In this document: positions 52,071 to 64,000 of the stretch, piece by piece
Layout of the letters: every line of letters starts with the position of its first letter
Numbering within the stretch: position 1 is the first letter of the stretch
Source of the DNA: Octopus sinensis
Taxonomy: Eukaryota
Direction of reading: 5' to 3'
Length of the DNA: 64,000 bases
Assembly: GCF_006345805.1 (NCBI RefSeq)
Contig: NC_043000.1
Span: 84,382,001 to 84,446,000, forward strand
Notes under the pieces: model-generated
What the model was told of the DNA's origin: nothing
The model's input: the letters and a program-made list of their open reading frames with translations, nothing else
Database searches by the model: none
Translations under genes and position numbers: made by a program

Positions 52071-52734
52071 ATAGTAACCCTAATGACTAGAAAGATTTTC
52101 CTGTCCCTGTATAGGATCCGTTTTCGTTTTCTTCCAACCACATGAAGGCTTATCTTGCTCCAGTCCACTCAGCTGGCCAAAATGAGTTGTAGCTGTAATT
52201 CAAAGGAGCCAGCCTGGTCATATTCTGTGCGAGGCTGAATCTACCTGAGAACTACGTTAATGATATGCATATCTGTGAAGCACTCAGCCACAGTTAATTT
52301 TATCCTCGTGTGTTAATGAGAAGTGAAAGTGACATCCAATATTCTTTGGAACTATGTAACTACTGTCACTTTCTCTCTTTCTCTTTCACTCCCTCTGTTT
52401 CTCTCCTCTCTCCCGCTTTTAATTTAACAATGTGTGTATGTATCTATGTATCTACTTTTCTTGCGATGTGATAAACATTTAAAAACACAAAACGAATGCC
52501 CTCACCACTCACTGTCTCCTTCACTCTCTCTCACTCTTTCTCTATCACTCTCTCTCTCCCCCCTTTCTCTCTTACTTCCTCTCTGTCCTCTTCTCTCTCG
52601 CTTTGCCTCACTTCTTTGAAGTGTGACACACGATAGGTACCTACAAAAAGAACAAATTGGCATATTAATATTATTGATGGTAATACTAGTAGTATACACA
52701 GAGACATACACAAACATTTAAACACCACATATAA

Positions 52735-52804
<70 letters not shown>

Positions 52805-52806
52805 GT

Positions 52807-52842
<36 letters not shown>

Positions 52843-52871
52843 TTTTATCTATATATGTATACATATATACA

Positions 52872-53030
52872 ACGAGCTTCTTTCAGTTTCCGTCTACCAA
52901 ATCCACTTACAAGGCTTTGGTCGGCCCGAGATAATAGTAGAAGACACTCGTCCGAGGTGCCACGCAGTGCGACTGAACTCAGAACCATGTGGTTGGTAAG
53001 CAAGCTACTTAACACAGCCACTCCTGCGCC
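52872..53030 (-). mobile_element. SINE family A, 5' head
   Basis: cttctttcagtttccgtctaccaaatccacttacaaggctttggtcggcccgag...cagccactcctgcgccta. Confidence 0.8.
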
Positions 53031-53113
53031 TAGATACACACACGCACAAACAATGGTAGACAGACGTATGTTATACGCGCGAGTATACACACATACACAC
53101 ACACACACACACC

Positions 53114-53144
<31 letters not shown>

Positions 53145-53441
53145 GTATGTATGTATGTACATACATACATACATACATACATACATACATACATACATAC
53201 ATACATACATACATACATACATGCAACAGCATGTGGTGATCATCTGAGACATGTTTGTTCTTTTCTTACTCCATTTTTTTTCTCTACCTCTCTTTTCTTT
53301 CTCTGAAAGAGCGCAAACTCGAAAAGTAAAAGTCGTCTCGTTCTATTTTTTTCCTGAACATAAACTTAATAAACTCTGTTTATTTGTTTTCTTCATCATC
53401 ATTGAGTTTTTTAATAATTTTTACACTAAATATACATACAT

Positions 53442-53442
<1 letters not shown>

Positions 53443-53523
<81 letters not shown>

Positions 53524-53525
53524 GA

Positions 53526-53572
<47 letters not shown>

Positions 53573-53658
53573 GCGTGATAGAATGATACATACATACATG
53601 CATGCATGCATGCATGCATACATACATACATACATACATACATACATACATACATACA

Positions 53659-53690
<32 letters not shown>
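53443..53690. repeat. Compound (GATA)n(GACA)n(CATA)n microsatellite
   Basis: Direct reading; similar arrays at 23033-23122, 38460-38615 and 47447-47615. Confidence 0.95.
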
Positions 53691-54229
53691 GATATATAGA
53701 TATATTTCGAAGCCTATTCGTAGATGTTACTTTGCGATGTCTATGTTCTTTCTTTTGAATAATTTCGACACTGTATAACAAAATAAGAAATGATATTTCA
53801 AAGAGGCTGCAAGAAACGATAAAAGAAGTTAATATTGACACTTATCATGGGGAAATCAGTTCTTCATCGAAAGCAAGAAACACATCACATCTGATATCTT
53901 TGCTTCGGTTTCCTTGGATACTTAGCAATATTTTTTGCATTCTATATATTCCAAGGAAAATAGATGAGGTGGGCATCTGTGAATATATGGAGTGGGAATT
54001 GTTCTGCTATTTATCTAGAGTTTGTTTTCCATTCCGTTTTGGTTGTGCTTTTGATTATAAACCATTGTTATGACAGTTATTTGATGGTATCGGGTGAGGT
54101 GTTACGCGTGAGGAAGCAGGCTTGTAGCAATTAGATTTAGATAGCAATAACAATTGAAAGATGTGAAAAAGTGTAATATATAGAAATGACAGATAGAACA
54201 GCAGTAGCACTAACCATAATGGAGTGATG

Positions 54230-54530
54230 TCATTTATAGAAACGTTACTTGAATATAGACTAGGCTTCATGTTCGAAATTTATGTAGTGACCGAAAGATT
54301 ACGATGGCGAATACAAGCAGCGGAAGATCTCTGGAGTAACATTATTCGAAAGGGTCGTAGGTCGGTCAAGGTGCCTCTCCCGGCCAAATCGCTACTTTGT
54401 CGCATTCACGAACATGTGGCTAGAATGTGGCAGGAACGAATAAGACTGAATCTTCAAGCCGAACCGATCGGTAAAAGACTTAGCGGTAGACCACGAACAA
54501 GATGTTTAGATAATACCATAATCTCATTTT
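54230..54530 (+). mobile_element. RTE-clade LINE C-terminal fragment
   Basis: HVARM...GKRLSGRPRTRCLD matches the RTE C-terminal GHV.RM...G.R..GRP...W.D pattern. Confidence 0.6.
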
Positions 54531-54542
54531 AAGGCAGCAAAC

Positions 54543-54945
54543 AGGCGGGATCGTTCGAGCTGGCAGAATCGTTAGCACGCCGGGCGAAATGCTTTGCGGT
54601 ATTTCGTCTGCCGTTACGTTGTGTGTTCAAATTCCGCCGAGGTCGACTTACCTTTCATCCTTTCGGGGTCGATAAATTAAGTATCAATTACGCACTGAGG
54701 TCGATGTAATCGACTTAATACCTATGTCTGTCCTTGTTTGTCCCCTCTGTGTTTAGCCCCTTGTGGGTAATAAAGAAATAGGTATTACGATCTGAGTTCA
54801 AATTTCACCGAAGTCGACATTACCTTTCATCCTGTCGGGGTCAATAAGACAAAGACCAGTTCAGCCCTGGGATCGATTTAATCGACTTTGCCTCCTTCCC
54901 TGAAATTATTGGCCTTGTGTGAAAATGTGAAACCACTATCCATAA
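54543..54945 (+). mobile_element. SINE family B plus a partial second copy in tandem
   Basis: gagctggcagaatcgttagcacgccgggcg...gttcaaattccgccgaggtcgac...gaaataggtat, then ctgagttcaaatttcaccgaagtcgac... Confidence 0.8.
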
Positions 54946-55232
54946 TCTCAGTTTGTCTCGCTTGGGATTCCTGTACGTTTTCACAAACTTCATACTTTAA
55001 TTATATCCACCATCTATAGGATAATGCAAATATCATTTTCAAAATCCATGGGTTTTAAGGAGAACATTAATACACGTGTTCGTATTTTCAGGTAAATGTT
55101 GCATAAGTATTCTGGGTGTATCGAATGTTTAGCTAAGGGATATTTATCAATTTAATATTTACAGCAATCAGAAAGATGTGTTGGATTTATGGGCAATTCT
55201 GTGACTATTTTGACTCATCATTCTGATAGGTA

Positions 55233-55273
<41 letters not shown>

Positions 55274-55362
55274 CTATATATAGTTTGTTTATATATATAT
55301 ATAGGGGAATTCACACAAAAAAAACAAAAGACAAAGACAGGTGGTGTAGACAACACACACAA

Positions 55363-55441
<79 letters not shown>

Positions 55442-55445
<4 letters not shown>

Positions 55446-55948
55446 CATAAGGGACTAAAGCCATCTGAATATGGCTAGGGACAGGGCAGGGTGGTGGGGG
55501 TGTTACTGTTGCATTTAGCCCCAGGCGAACATCAACGTCGCCAGATAGGCTTGACACCATCACGGCGTCCTCTATCCTGCAAAGGGAGATAATTCCCCGA
55601 TGAAGCAGAAACCACACACGGACCTAGGTTTCAAGGTGTTTGCCTATTATCAACGTATGGTTGATTTGCTTGAAAATCTATATATAAATATCCTGCAGAG
55701 TGAGTTGTTCGTCGAGGAAGCGGTGCCTACCATACGTTGATAATAGGCAAACACCTTGAAACCTAGGTCCGTGTGTGGTTTCCGCTTCATCGGGGAATTA
55801 TCTCCCTTTGCAGGATAGAGGACGCCGTGATGGTGTCAAGCCTATCTGGCGACGTTGATGTTCGCCTGGGGCTAAATGCAACAGTAACACCCCCACCACC
55901 CTGCCCTGTCCCTAGCAATATTCAGATGGCTTTAGTCCCTTATGTTAT
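55442..55948. repeat. Foldback element: 220-bp inverted arms with a 67-bp spacer
   Basis: 55442-55661 versus 55729-55948, 2 mismatches seen; this explains the twin ORFs 55264..55617(-) and 55773..56126(+). Confidence 0.95.
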
Positions 55949-55990
55949 GGAGCAGTTACTGTCTATATCTCATTTAGAGAATTATTATTG

Positions 55991-56082
<92 letters not shown>

Positions 56083-56877
56083 CACATTATATATATACAA
56101 TACGGGACTGTGGATATACTATGTAATGTTTTAATTTGTTCATAGGAGCTTTTTTATATTTAGCCAGCAACTTGTGTTTATAGTTATTTTTAGTCTTAAG
56201 TTGTCACTGATCGAATTTGGTGCGAATAGCTTTCCAGCCATGACCATTATATTTTTGTGTTAGTGATTACATTATCTAATGTGTCATTCCATTTTGAGAG
56301 ATTGTTATGAATCTGTCAATTTCATATATACATACAAACAAAATTACATAAATACATACATATGTACATAAATATTATATAGAAAATATATATATATTAT
56401 ATATAAATATAATATATATATATATATATATATAATTATATATTATTTAGTAAATATTTATTATGTACATATATAAATATATATATAGTAATATATATAT
56501 ATATATATCTATATAAATAATATATATATATATATATATATAATACATATATATATATATATTGATACATATATATTTATATGTCTGTGCATATGTATAT
56601 ATTGTGTATATGTATAATGTTTATTCATAGATACACTGAAATATGATGGTAATCTTACACACCCACGGTCATATATTTGAAAATGTATTTTAATGTCCAT
56701 ATTGATGTTTGCCTGATTTTTATTGTTATGTCTTGTTATAAATATGAATATGATGATCTCTGTTTGCATTGAAGTTTTATATCAAATACATAGGAATGTA
56801 TACAGTTATATACCTTCTGAGCGATGTGAGTGTGTATATGTGTGTGTGTGTGTATGTGTGTGTGCGTATGTGTATGT

Positions 56878-56909
<32 letters not shown>

Positions 56910-57113
56910 CTGAAGAAAGCTAAATCGATTGTGGTAGAGATAATCACCGATTAGCGGTCAGTTAAATCACATCTTGAGATTCAACTCCTTCATGCAGGGT
57001 AGGTGTCTCTTCTAAAGGAAGTCAGCCGTATGAGCGATCATCGTCACGCATGTATAGAAGTTAAAAATGGAAAGCGTATACATATATATGTATACATATA
57101 TATGTATATATGT

Positions 57114-57152
<39 letters not shown>

Positions 57153-57534
57153 ATTTATTAAGGTGGTTATTCGCAATTTACAACCGAAAGGCAACAAGTA
57201 ACGTTGTCACTAAGGTGATGGAGGGTGCTTGTCAGCACCACCATTACTGGAAATAAGTCTGAAAATAACTATTAGCCACGTGAAAGCACTTTTCTAACGA
57301 CCGGCAAAGGAGATATGCTTCCTACGGCAAGCGAGATGGAGTCATATCAGCGCTGATTATTGATTTGATTAATTTGTGCTGCTGCTCACTAGCACACTCG
57401 TGATATCTATACTGCTTAATATAATATTATAATATATATATATATATTATTATATATATATATATTATATATATATATATATATATATCGTTTATTATAT
57501 ATATAATATATATATCGTTTATATGTACATATAT

Positions 57535-58080
57535 GGATACAGGAGTCACAAAGCGTAAACAACATGAAATATGAAGACAAACTTCATTTTTTTGCGAACC
57601 TATGGAAAACAAAACAAGTAACACAACGAACGACCCTTCATCAACTGTCGGCTGTTTATCTACTCCACATTTCGTGCAATCTACGACAATATGTGCCTTC
57701 GAGAAAACAGTTGCACCCGCAAGCCAAAATAAAATTTGCAATTTTGCGGAGGGTCAAAGTTGGTAACAAAAACAGGACAGTGAAACAGAGGGCTGCTAAG
57801 CCAGACGAGGTAAGGTGGGAAACGCTGAGGAACATTCTTTGACAGGAGAAAAGACAGGAGAGGAGACAGACAAGAATACGTCTGGTCTGTGCAACAGACC
57901 GGAAGCAAAGGAAGATGAATGTGTGGAAAAAAAGATGGACGATAGTCTTGTGAGAGCAACGAGTAAAGGAGGAAGAGGGAGAGAGAGAAGGGGCAGATAG
58001 AAAACAGTGAAGGGGAGAAAAATGAATTAAAGAATAGATGAGAGGTAAAAACGAAAGGGTGAGAAGGGGAGATAAATTTG
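57535..58080. repeat. Unclassified dispersed repeat; other copies at 33066-33365, 34570-34880, 34990-35190 and 37360-37452
   Basis: Shared blocks gtacaggacgtc(a/g)ccaactg, aacacaaagaacgacccttcatcagttgtcggctg and ggagggtc(a/c)aagttgg. Confidence 0.75.
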
Positions 58081-58096
58081 GGGAATGGAGTAGATA

Positions 58097-58336
58097 AAAT
58101 CCAGGCTACATTATGTTTCCTAGCTAGCACAACTTCGAAAGTAGTAATTAACCAAACGGGTAATTTAATTTTAGATCAAATTTCCTGCGTGTTAGCATGG
58201 GATCCCTTGACGATAATGTAACCTTCATTTGACTAAAGTATCCTTGGCCTGATGAGTAGCTAGCGGAGTACGCATCGTTTGAGTAATCACTACTTCTGCG
58301 GTTCTACTAGCTAGGAAATATATGTAGCCTGGATTT
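58097..58336. mobile_element. MITE-like element, ~55-bp imperfect TIRs
   Basis: aaatccaggctacattatgtttcctagctag... versus ...ctagctaggaaatatatgtagcctggattt. Confidence 0.7.
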
Positions 58337-58686
58337 CACCTTTTTTCAGTTTATCGAACTTCCGATATGAGAAAAATTTACAACCTTCTACGTCAATAAG
58401 CCACTATTTTTCCTGAAAGTTGTTTTTTATACCTTCTACGGACTGCTCGAAGATTACCTTTTTATACATATATATGTGTGTATGTATCTGTGTGTGTGTA
58501 TTTGTGTGTGTGTGTGGTGTGTGTGTGTGTGTGTGTGTGTGTATAAAGAAAGTCAGTAGGTATGAGATGATTATACTTATTTCACCAGTTGGTATCCGTA
58601 TACATTTAAATGTTAACCCTATTTTCGACACTGAGTTCATCCTTTTATTAATACCGCTAGGTTATTAACTCTAACCTACCCGAATC

Positions 58687-58734
<48 letters not shown>

Positions 58735-59228
58735 ATACATCACCTACACATTAATCACCACTACCTATAATTTCCTTTTTGATATCTTATTAAATCTCCT
58801 ATACTAATTTTTATAATCTTCCATACATTAAAACTTTGAATATGATTGTTTTGTATGTGTATACTGGAGTTGAAAAATTGATGTAACCATATTCTATTGA
58901 TCTGATATGCTACCTTTCTATATTTGCATTCGTTTGTAAAATGTACTCTAGTACAATGCAATTTAAAGCATACACGCTAATGTAGACATGTAAAATAGTT
59001 TATCATACACTAAAAAAATCATTTTCAATGATGTTGGCTTTATAGGACTCTACATTTCACGCCTATGTATTGGTTTACTCTGTGGTTTGTAGCCTAGTTT
59101 ACTAAAGGCACTTTGTTGTGATTACCACTGGTTTATATAAACCCATATACATATATGTATATACACACATAAGTGTGTGGGTAAACAAAACAAACTCAGA
59201 AGCAATCAACACATTTTGTAGGATTTAC

Positions 59229-59646
59229 GGTACGTTTTGGTTATCTCACCCCCATTAAAAAAGTGGGTTATCTCCTCACTAAGGGATTGAGCTTATGTGG
59301 CGACAAAAGGTTGAATTAAAAGGGTTAGATACTTTTGATTCAATATTTTAACACATTGTTGACTTTTGGCCTCCTCAATAGGCATGGTATGGTTTGTTAT
59401 AAAAATGTTATTAGATTCAATATGATGTTTATTTTTTTTCAGTTTTCATGTTTATTAATATTTTCAGTTTTGTATGATGTGTTATAAAATATCAAATTCA
59501 TTAAGATGTTTTAATCTTTTCGGTTTTCATGTTCATTAATATTTTCATTTTCTTTTTTTTTTTGTTTCTTTGAAGGCTAAACAATTTTTTTTAGTTGGGA
59601 AGATAACCCAATTTTTTAATGAGGGGTAAGATAACCAAAAAGTACC
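59229..59646. mobile_element. MITE-like element, ~55-bp imperfect TIRs with an internal AT-rich duplication
   Basis: ggtacgttttggttatctcacccccattaaaaaagtgggttatc... versus ...gataacccaattttttaatgaggggtaagataaccaaaaagtacc. Confidence 0.7.
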
Positions 59647-61361
59647 TGATACAAAAAGTATCATTTTTTAAAATAGGTTGACTCGGGTCCATGTGACTTG
59701 AAGTTTCGAGGGCTTCTAACAGAAACATTATGCAACCTGGCAACCACTTACATTCGCCTCCATAAACGTTGTTGGAGCACGCAATCACACACACACACAC
59801 ACACACGTACGCATCTATGTACACACACACACACACACACACGTACGCATCTATGTACACACACACCTATATACTTTCTCACAAACCAACACGCATACAT
59901 ACACACAGCTATGTACGCACGCTCTTCCCCTCTTTCCTACTCCCCCAGAGCACAGAAATATACACACTGATATATATGTATGCGTTTATGTACGTAAGTA
60001 TGTGTGTGTGTGCGTGTGTGTGTGCAAGCATGTGCGTTTGTATGCATGTATACTTATATATATTTATTTATTTATTTATTTATTTATTTATCTATATATA
60101 TATGAATGTAGGTAAGATATGTAATCATTTGTGTGTGTGTGTATCTGAGTATACTTTCAATAGGTAACGTTAGTCTAGTTTAGAAATACTATTAACTTTC
60201 TGATTATATACAATAGCAATTACAATGTTTTTAATTAAGTATTTAAACGTTACGAATTATTTCAAAAAGTTTTAATTAGTTTTAATAGAAAATTGAAGAA
60301 CATTGAATGAAAGTATATTTCATTTGAAAACATTAAAATAGGCTTAGTGTCCTCTTGCATCACAATTTTTTTACTATAAAAGTCAGCATAAAACAAATCA
60401 ATGTTAATGCTCAACGTTTAAATGAAAATCATTTTTAAAGATTTTCTTATATTTATTTTTGTGGGTGTTGTTGTTGTTTTGTTTTGATAAATTGAAACGA
60501 ATTTTTATAATGTTTTAATGTTTACAATAAATTTTATGAAAAGCAATCAAGAAAATTATAAATATTGAAGCAGTAAAATTGATTTACAAATGTCGAAATT
60601 TCACTTGTGTTATGCCACTTGGTTTAGATATGAGGAAAATGATAACCTACTTCTATCCATCCTAAAGTAATAAAATATACACACAGTTACACACACATAT
60701 ACAAACACACTCTCACATACACACATATTTATGCAAATATATATACACATATATATGCATGTATTTATGCATATATATGTATATATGTAGCTCTTTGTCA
60801 GTCTATGTGTTTGTGTGTACGTGTGTGTATGTATATGTGAGTGTTTGCACCATAAACATATGAATATATATGTTATATGTAATATATATGTATATATATC
60901 TGTGTGTGTAAGTGTGTGTTGTCTGTCCATCGTAATCAAAAATCATTTTAACGTATATCCATTAATAAGATATTATGCTTCAATACGTAAATATATCTTT
61001 AATTTTATTTTAAACTGTAAAATATAAACAAAAACAAACACATATTTTCAAACGATATTGTAGCTTTAATTCCACGGTAAACATGAAAAGAAAACGAAAA
61101 AAAAATATTGTTTGCATTACAAAATATTCTATTAAGTAAATCGTAGATTTAATTTTGTTGTAAACATTAAAAAAAATATGAAAGATAAATGTAATTTAAA
61201 TGTGAATGAACTTAAAAAATATATATATATCGTCTTTTGGAAATAATAGCGCAGTTTTCAGATGATTTAAGTGAATTAGATTAAAATAGCTGTGTTCAAT
61301 TTTGCTGGGAGGTCACTACAAGTTTCACGAACCTGTGAAAAAAGTACACTTGTAAGTAGAG

Positions 61362-61612
61362 ACTTGTGCGAAGCTTGCTTTCCAACCACATGGTTCCGAG
61401 TTCAGTCCCACTGTGTGGCACCTTGGTAAAGAGTCTTCTACTAAAGTCTCGGGTTGACCAAAGCTTCCTGAGTGGATTTGGTAGACGGAATATATATGTG
61501 TGTGTGTGTGTGTATAGTACTTATTCAATTGGTCTCTTTTGTTGAATCGCTAAATTACGAGTATGTAAGCATACCAACACTGGTTATCAAGTGGTGATGG
61601 GGAGGGGAACAA
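61362..61612 (+). mobile_element. SINE family A, internally deleted
   Basis: gaagcttgctttccaaccacatggttccgagttcagtcccactgtgtggcacc...gtggatttggtagacgg. Confidence 0.75.
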
Positions 61613-61630
61613 ACACAGACATACACACAC

Positions 61631-61713
<83 letters not shown>

Positions 61714-61813
61714 TACGTATGTTTGCATATATTTATATGTGTGTGACCGCGTGTGTACCGTTGGCGATTTTTTTCCCTCCGTCTTCCCTTCTCTGGATCT
61801 TTCCTTCTCGTAT

Positions 61814-61848
61814 GTTTCCGACGAAGAGCTCCGCTTGAAACGTAAAAC
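61814..61848 (+). ncRNA. Minimal hammerhead-like motif, U4>C variant
   Basis: GTTT-CCGACGA-AGAGC-tcc-GCTT-GAAACGTA-AAAC, inside a pyrimidine-rich PLE-like tail (about 61745-61950). Confidence 0.55.
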
Positions 61849-61950
61849 CCTCCTTCTTCCCTTCCTTCCTGAGCGTCCACTAATACTATATTTGTACCAC
61901 GTCTCGCGTTGTTGTGTTTTCTCTTTGTGTTTTCATGTTTGGATTAACTT

Positions 61951-61992
<42 letters not shown>

Positions 61993-62195
61993 ATTATGTA
62001 TGTATGTATGCATGTATGTATGTATGTATGTATGTATATAAAGAAAGAAAAGAGGGAGACGAAAATTTTAATTGACTTTCTTTGAAGTTTACTGCGTCGG
62101 CCTCATGGCAAAGCGGTCTATTCATTACAATAGTTAGATAGTAATATTATTATTATTATTATTATTATTATTTTATTATTATTATTATTATTATT

Positions 62196-63853
62196 GAGTG
62201 AGAGAGCAGTGCATGCCATCAAAGTGACACAGGGGTAAAATATACGAAGCCTAGTATGCCCATCATGACTACACGTCTGATAAGGGTACACCAGGCACAT
62301 GCATCACAACCATATGTGCGCGACATGGTGATCTTATGTCAAGATAAACAGTGCATGAGCTTGTAGGTGGGGCCCAGTTAGAATTTTCTTCAGGTCGAGT
62401 AACCCATCCCGCTCAAAAGGTCCCTGAATAAGGATTGTTTAAGGATGATGAACGAAACACCCATGCTTCCAAGGATGAATTATTCAAATCCCAAAGAATT
62501 CCTCTCAACACATAGCTATGATGCCACCCCACTACTTCTGTTCGTGATCAGAGATGCACATATCGTCAGCCACTAAGGGACATGCTCAACTGGTTGTGGT
62601 CAAGCAAGTGACAAGCAAATCTGTGGTATTGAGCAGAATATTTGCTGTAGCCCATCTTTTATACCAAGACAAAACAATATACATGATAACGCTTCCAATC
62701 AGTTAAGATCAGGAGCCATGAAGCCATGAGAGCCACTATTATTATTATTATTATTATTATTGAGTGAGAGAGCAGTTCATCCCATCAAAGTGACACTGGG
62801 GTAAAATATACGAAGCCCAATATACCCATCATGACTACCCGTCTGATAAGGGTACACCAGGCACATGCATCACAACCATATGTGCGCGACATGGTGATTT
62901 CATATCAAGATAAACAGCACATGACCTTGCAGGTGGGGCCCAGTTAGAATTTTCTTCAGGTCGAGTAACCCATCCCGCTCAAAAGGTCCCTGAATAAGGA
63001 TTGTTTAAGGATGATGAACGAAACACCCATGCTTCCAAGGATGAATTATTCAAATCCCAAAGAATTCCTCTCAACACATAGCTATGATGCCACCCCACTA
63101 CTTCTGTTCGTGATCAGAGATGCACATATCGTCAGCCACTAAGGGACATGCTCAACTGGTTGTGGTCAAGCAAGTGACAAGCAAATCTGTGGTATTGAGC
63201 AGAATATTTGCTGTAGCCCATCTTTTATACCAAGACAAAACAATATACATGATAACGCTTCCAATCAGTTAAGATCAGGAGCCATGAAGCCATGAGAGCC
63301 ACTATTATTATATTATTATTATTATTGAGTGAGAGAGCAGTTCATCCCATCAAAGTGACACTGGGGTAAAATATACGAAGCCCAATATACCCATCATGAC
63401 TACCCGTCTGATAAGGGTACACCAGGCACATGCATCACAACCATATGTGCGCGACATGGTGATTTCATATCAAGATAAACAGCACATGACCTTGCAGGTG
63501 GGGCCCAGTTAGAATTTTCTTCATGTTGAGTAGCCCATCCCGCTCAAAAGGTCCCTGAATAAGGGTTGTTTAAGGATGTTGAAAGAACCACCCATATTTC
63601 CAGAGGTGAATTATTCAAACCCCAAAGAATCCCTCTCAACACATGGCTATGATGCTCCCCCACTACTTCTGCTCGTGATCAGAGATGCACATATCGTCAG
63701 CCACTAAGGGACATGCTCAACTGGTTATGGTCAAACAACTGACAAGCAAATCTGTGGTATTGAGCAGAATATTTGCTGTAGCCCATCTTTTATACCAAGA
63801 CAAAATAATATACATGATAACACTTCCAATCAGTTAAGGTCAGAAGCCATGAG
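62196..63853 (-). mobile_element. Three tandem ~540-bp retroelement-like copies, each with an (AAT)n tail on the minus strand
   Basis: Copies at 62196-62737, 62762-63303 and 63327-63853, separated and flanked by (ATT)n; highly similar; no ORF. Orientation inferred from ...ctctctcactc(aat)n. Confidence 0.85.
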
Positions 63854-63889
63854 ATTATTATTATTATTATAATTATTATTATTATTATA

Positions 63890-63933
<44 letters not shown>

Positions 63934-64000
63934 CATTATTATTATTATTATTATTATCATTATTATTATTATTATCATTATTATTGTATTTATCATCCAG

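Noticed and set aside
55500-55620. Possible HDV-like ribozyme in the foldback arm (UUGCA/UGCAA, GUCCUC, GGGA-gauaau-UCCC)
   Set aside because: Could not place consistent P2 and P3 helices or a C..AA J4/2 segment; needs a descriptor search to revisit.
56898-56950. CTGAAGA followed by a hairpin
   Set aside because: No GAAA after the hairpin.
62540-62575. CTGACGA and CTGAAGA words on the minus strand of the tandem units (retrozyme idea)
   Set aside because: No stem II starting at the core and no properly placed GAAA-stem III-UH.
62196-63853. CRISPR-like or satellite array interpretation
   Set aside because: Eukaryotic context; units are about 540 bp with microsatellite spacers, not short repeats with unique spacers.

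Overview
64 kb of AT-rich, microsatellite-saturated eukaryotic DNA with no recognisable host protein-coding exon, rRNA or tRNA gene. The repeat content (tRNA-headed SINEs with internal (AT)/(GT) tracts, dense (AT)n/(ATAC)n/(ATT)n/(GATA)n arrays) suggests octopus or other coleoid cephalopod intronic/intergenic DNA; this is inference. Most ORFs in the track are translations of microsatellites. The real coding remnants come from transposons: Penelope-like (PLE) GIY-YIG endonuclease fragments, R4-, CR1-, RTE- and L1/Tx1-type LINE pieces, Tc1, mariner, pogo/Tigger and hAT transposases, plus a mini LTR element, Helitron-like ends and several MITE/foldback palindromes. The main signal outside the ORF track is five hammerhead-ribozyme (HHR) motifs tied to PLE termini. 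One (15561-15680) has an intact catalytic core, a long branched stem II, and lies 2 kb downstream of an uninterrupted GIY-YIG frame. All alignments and folds were done by eye; coordinates of degenerate elements are approximate.
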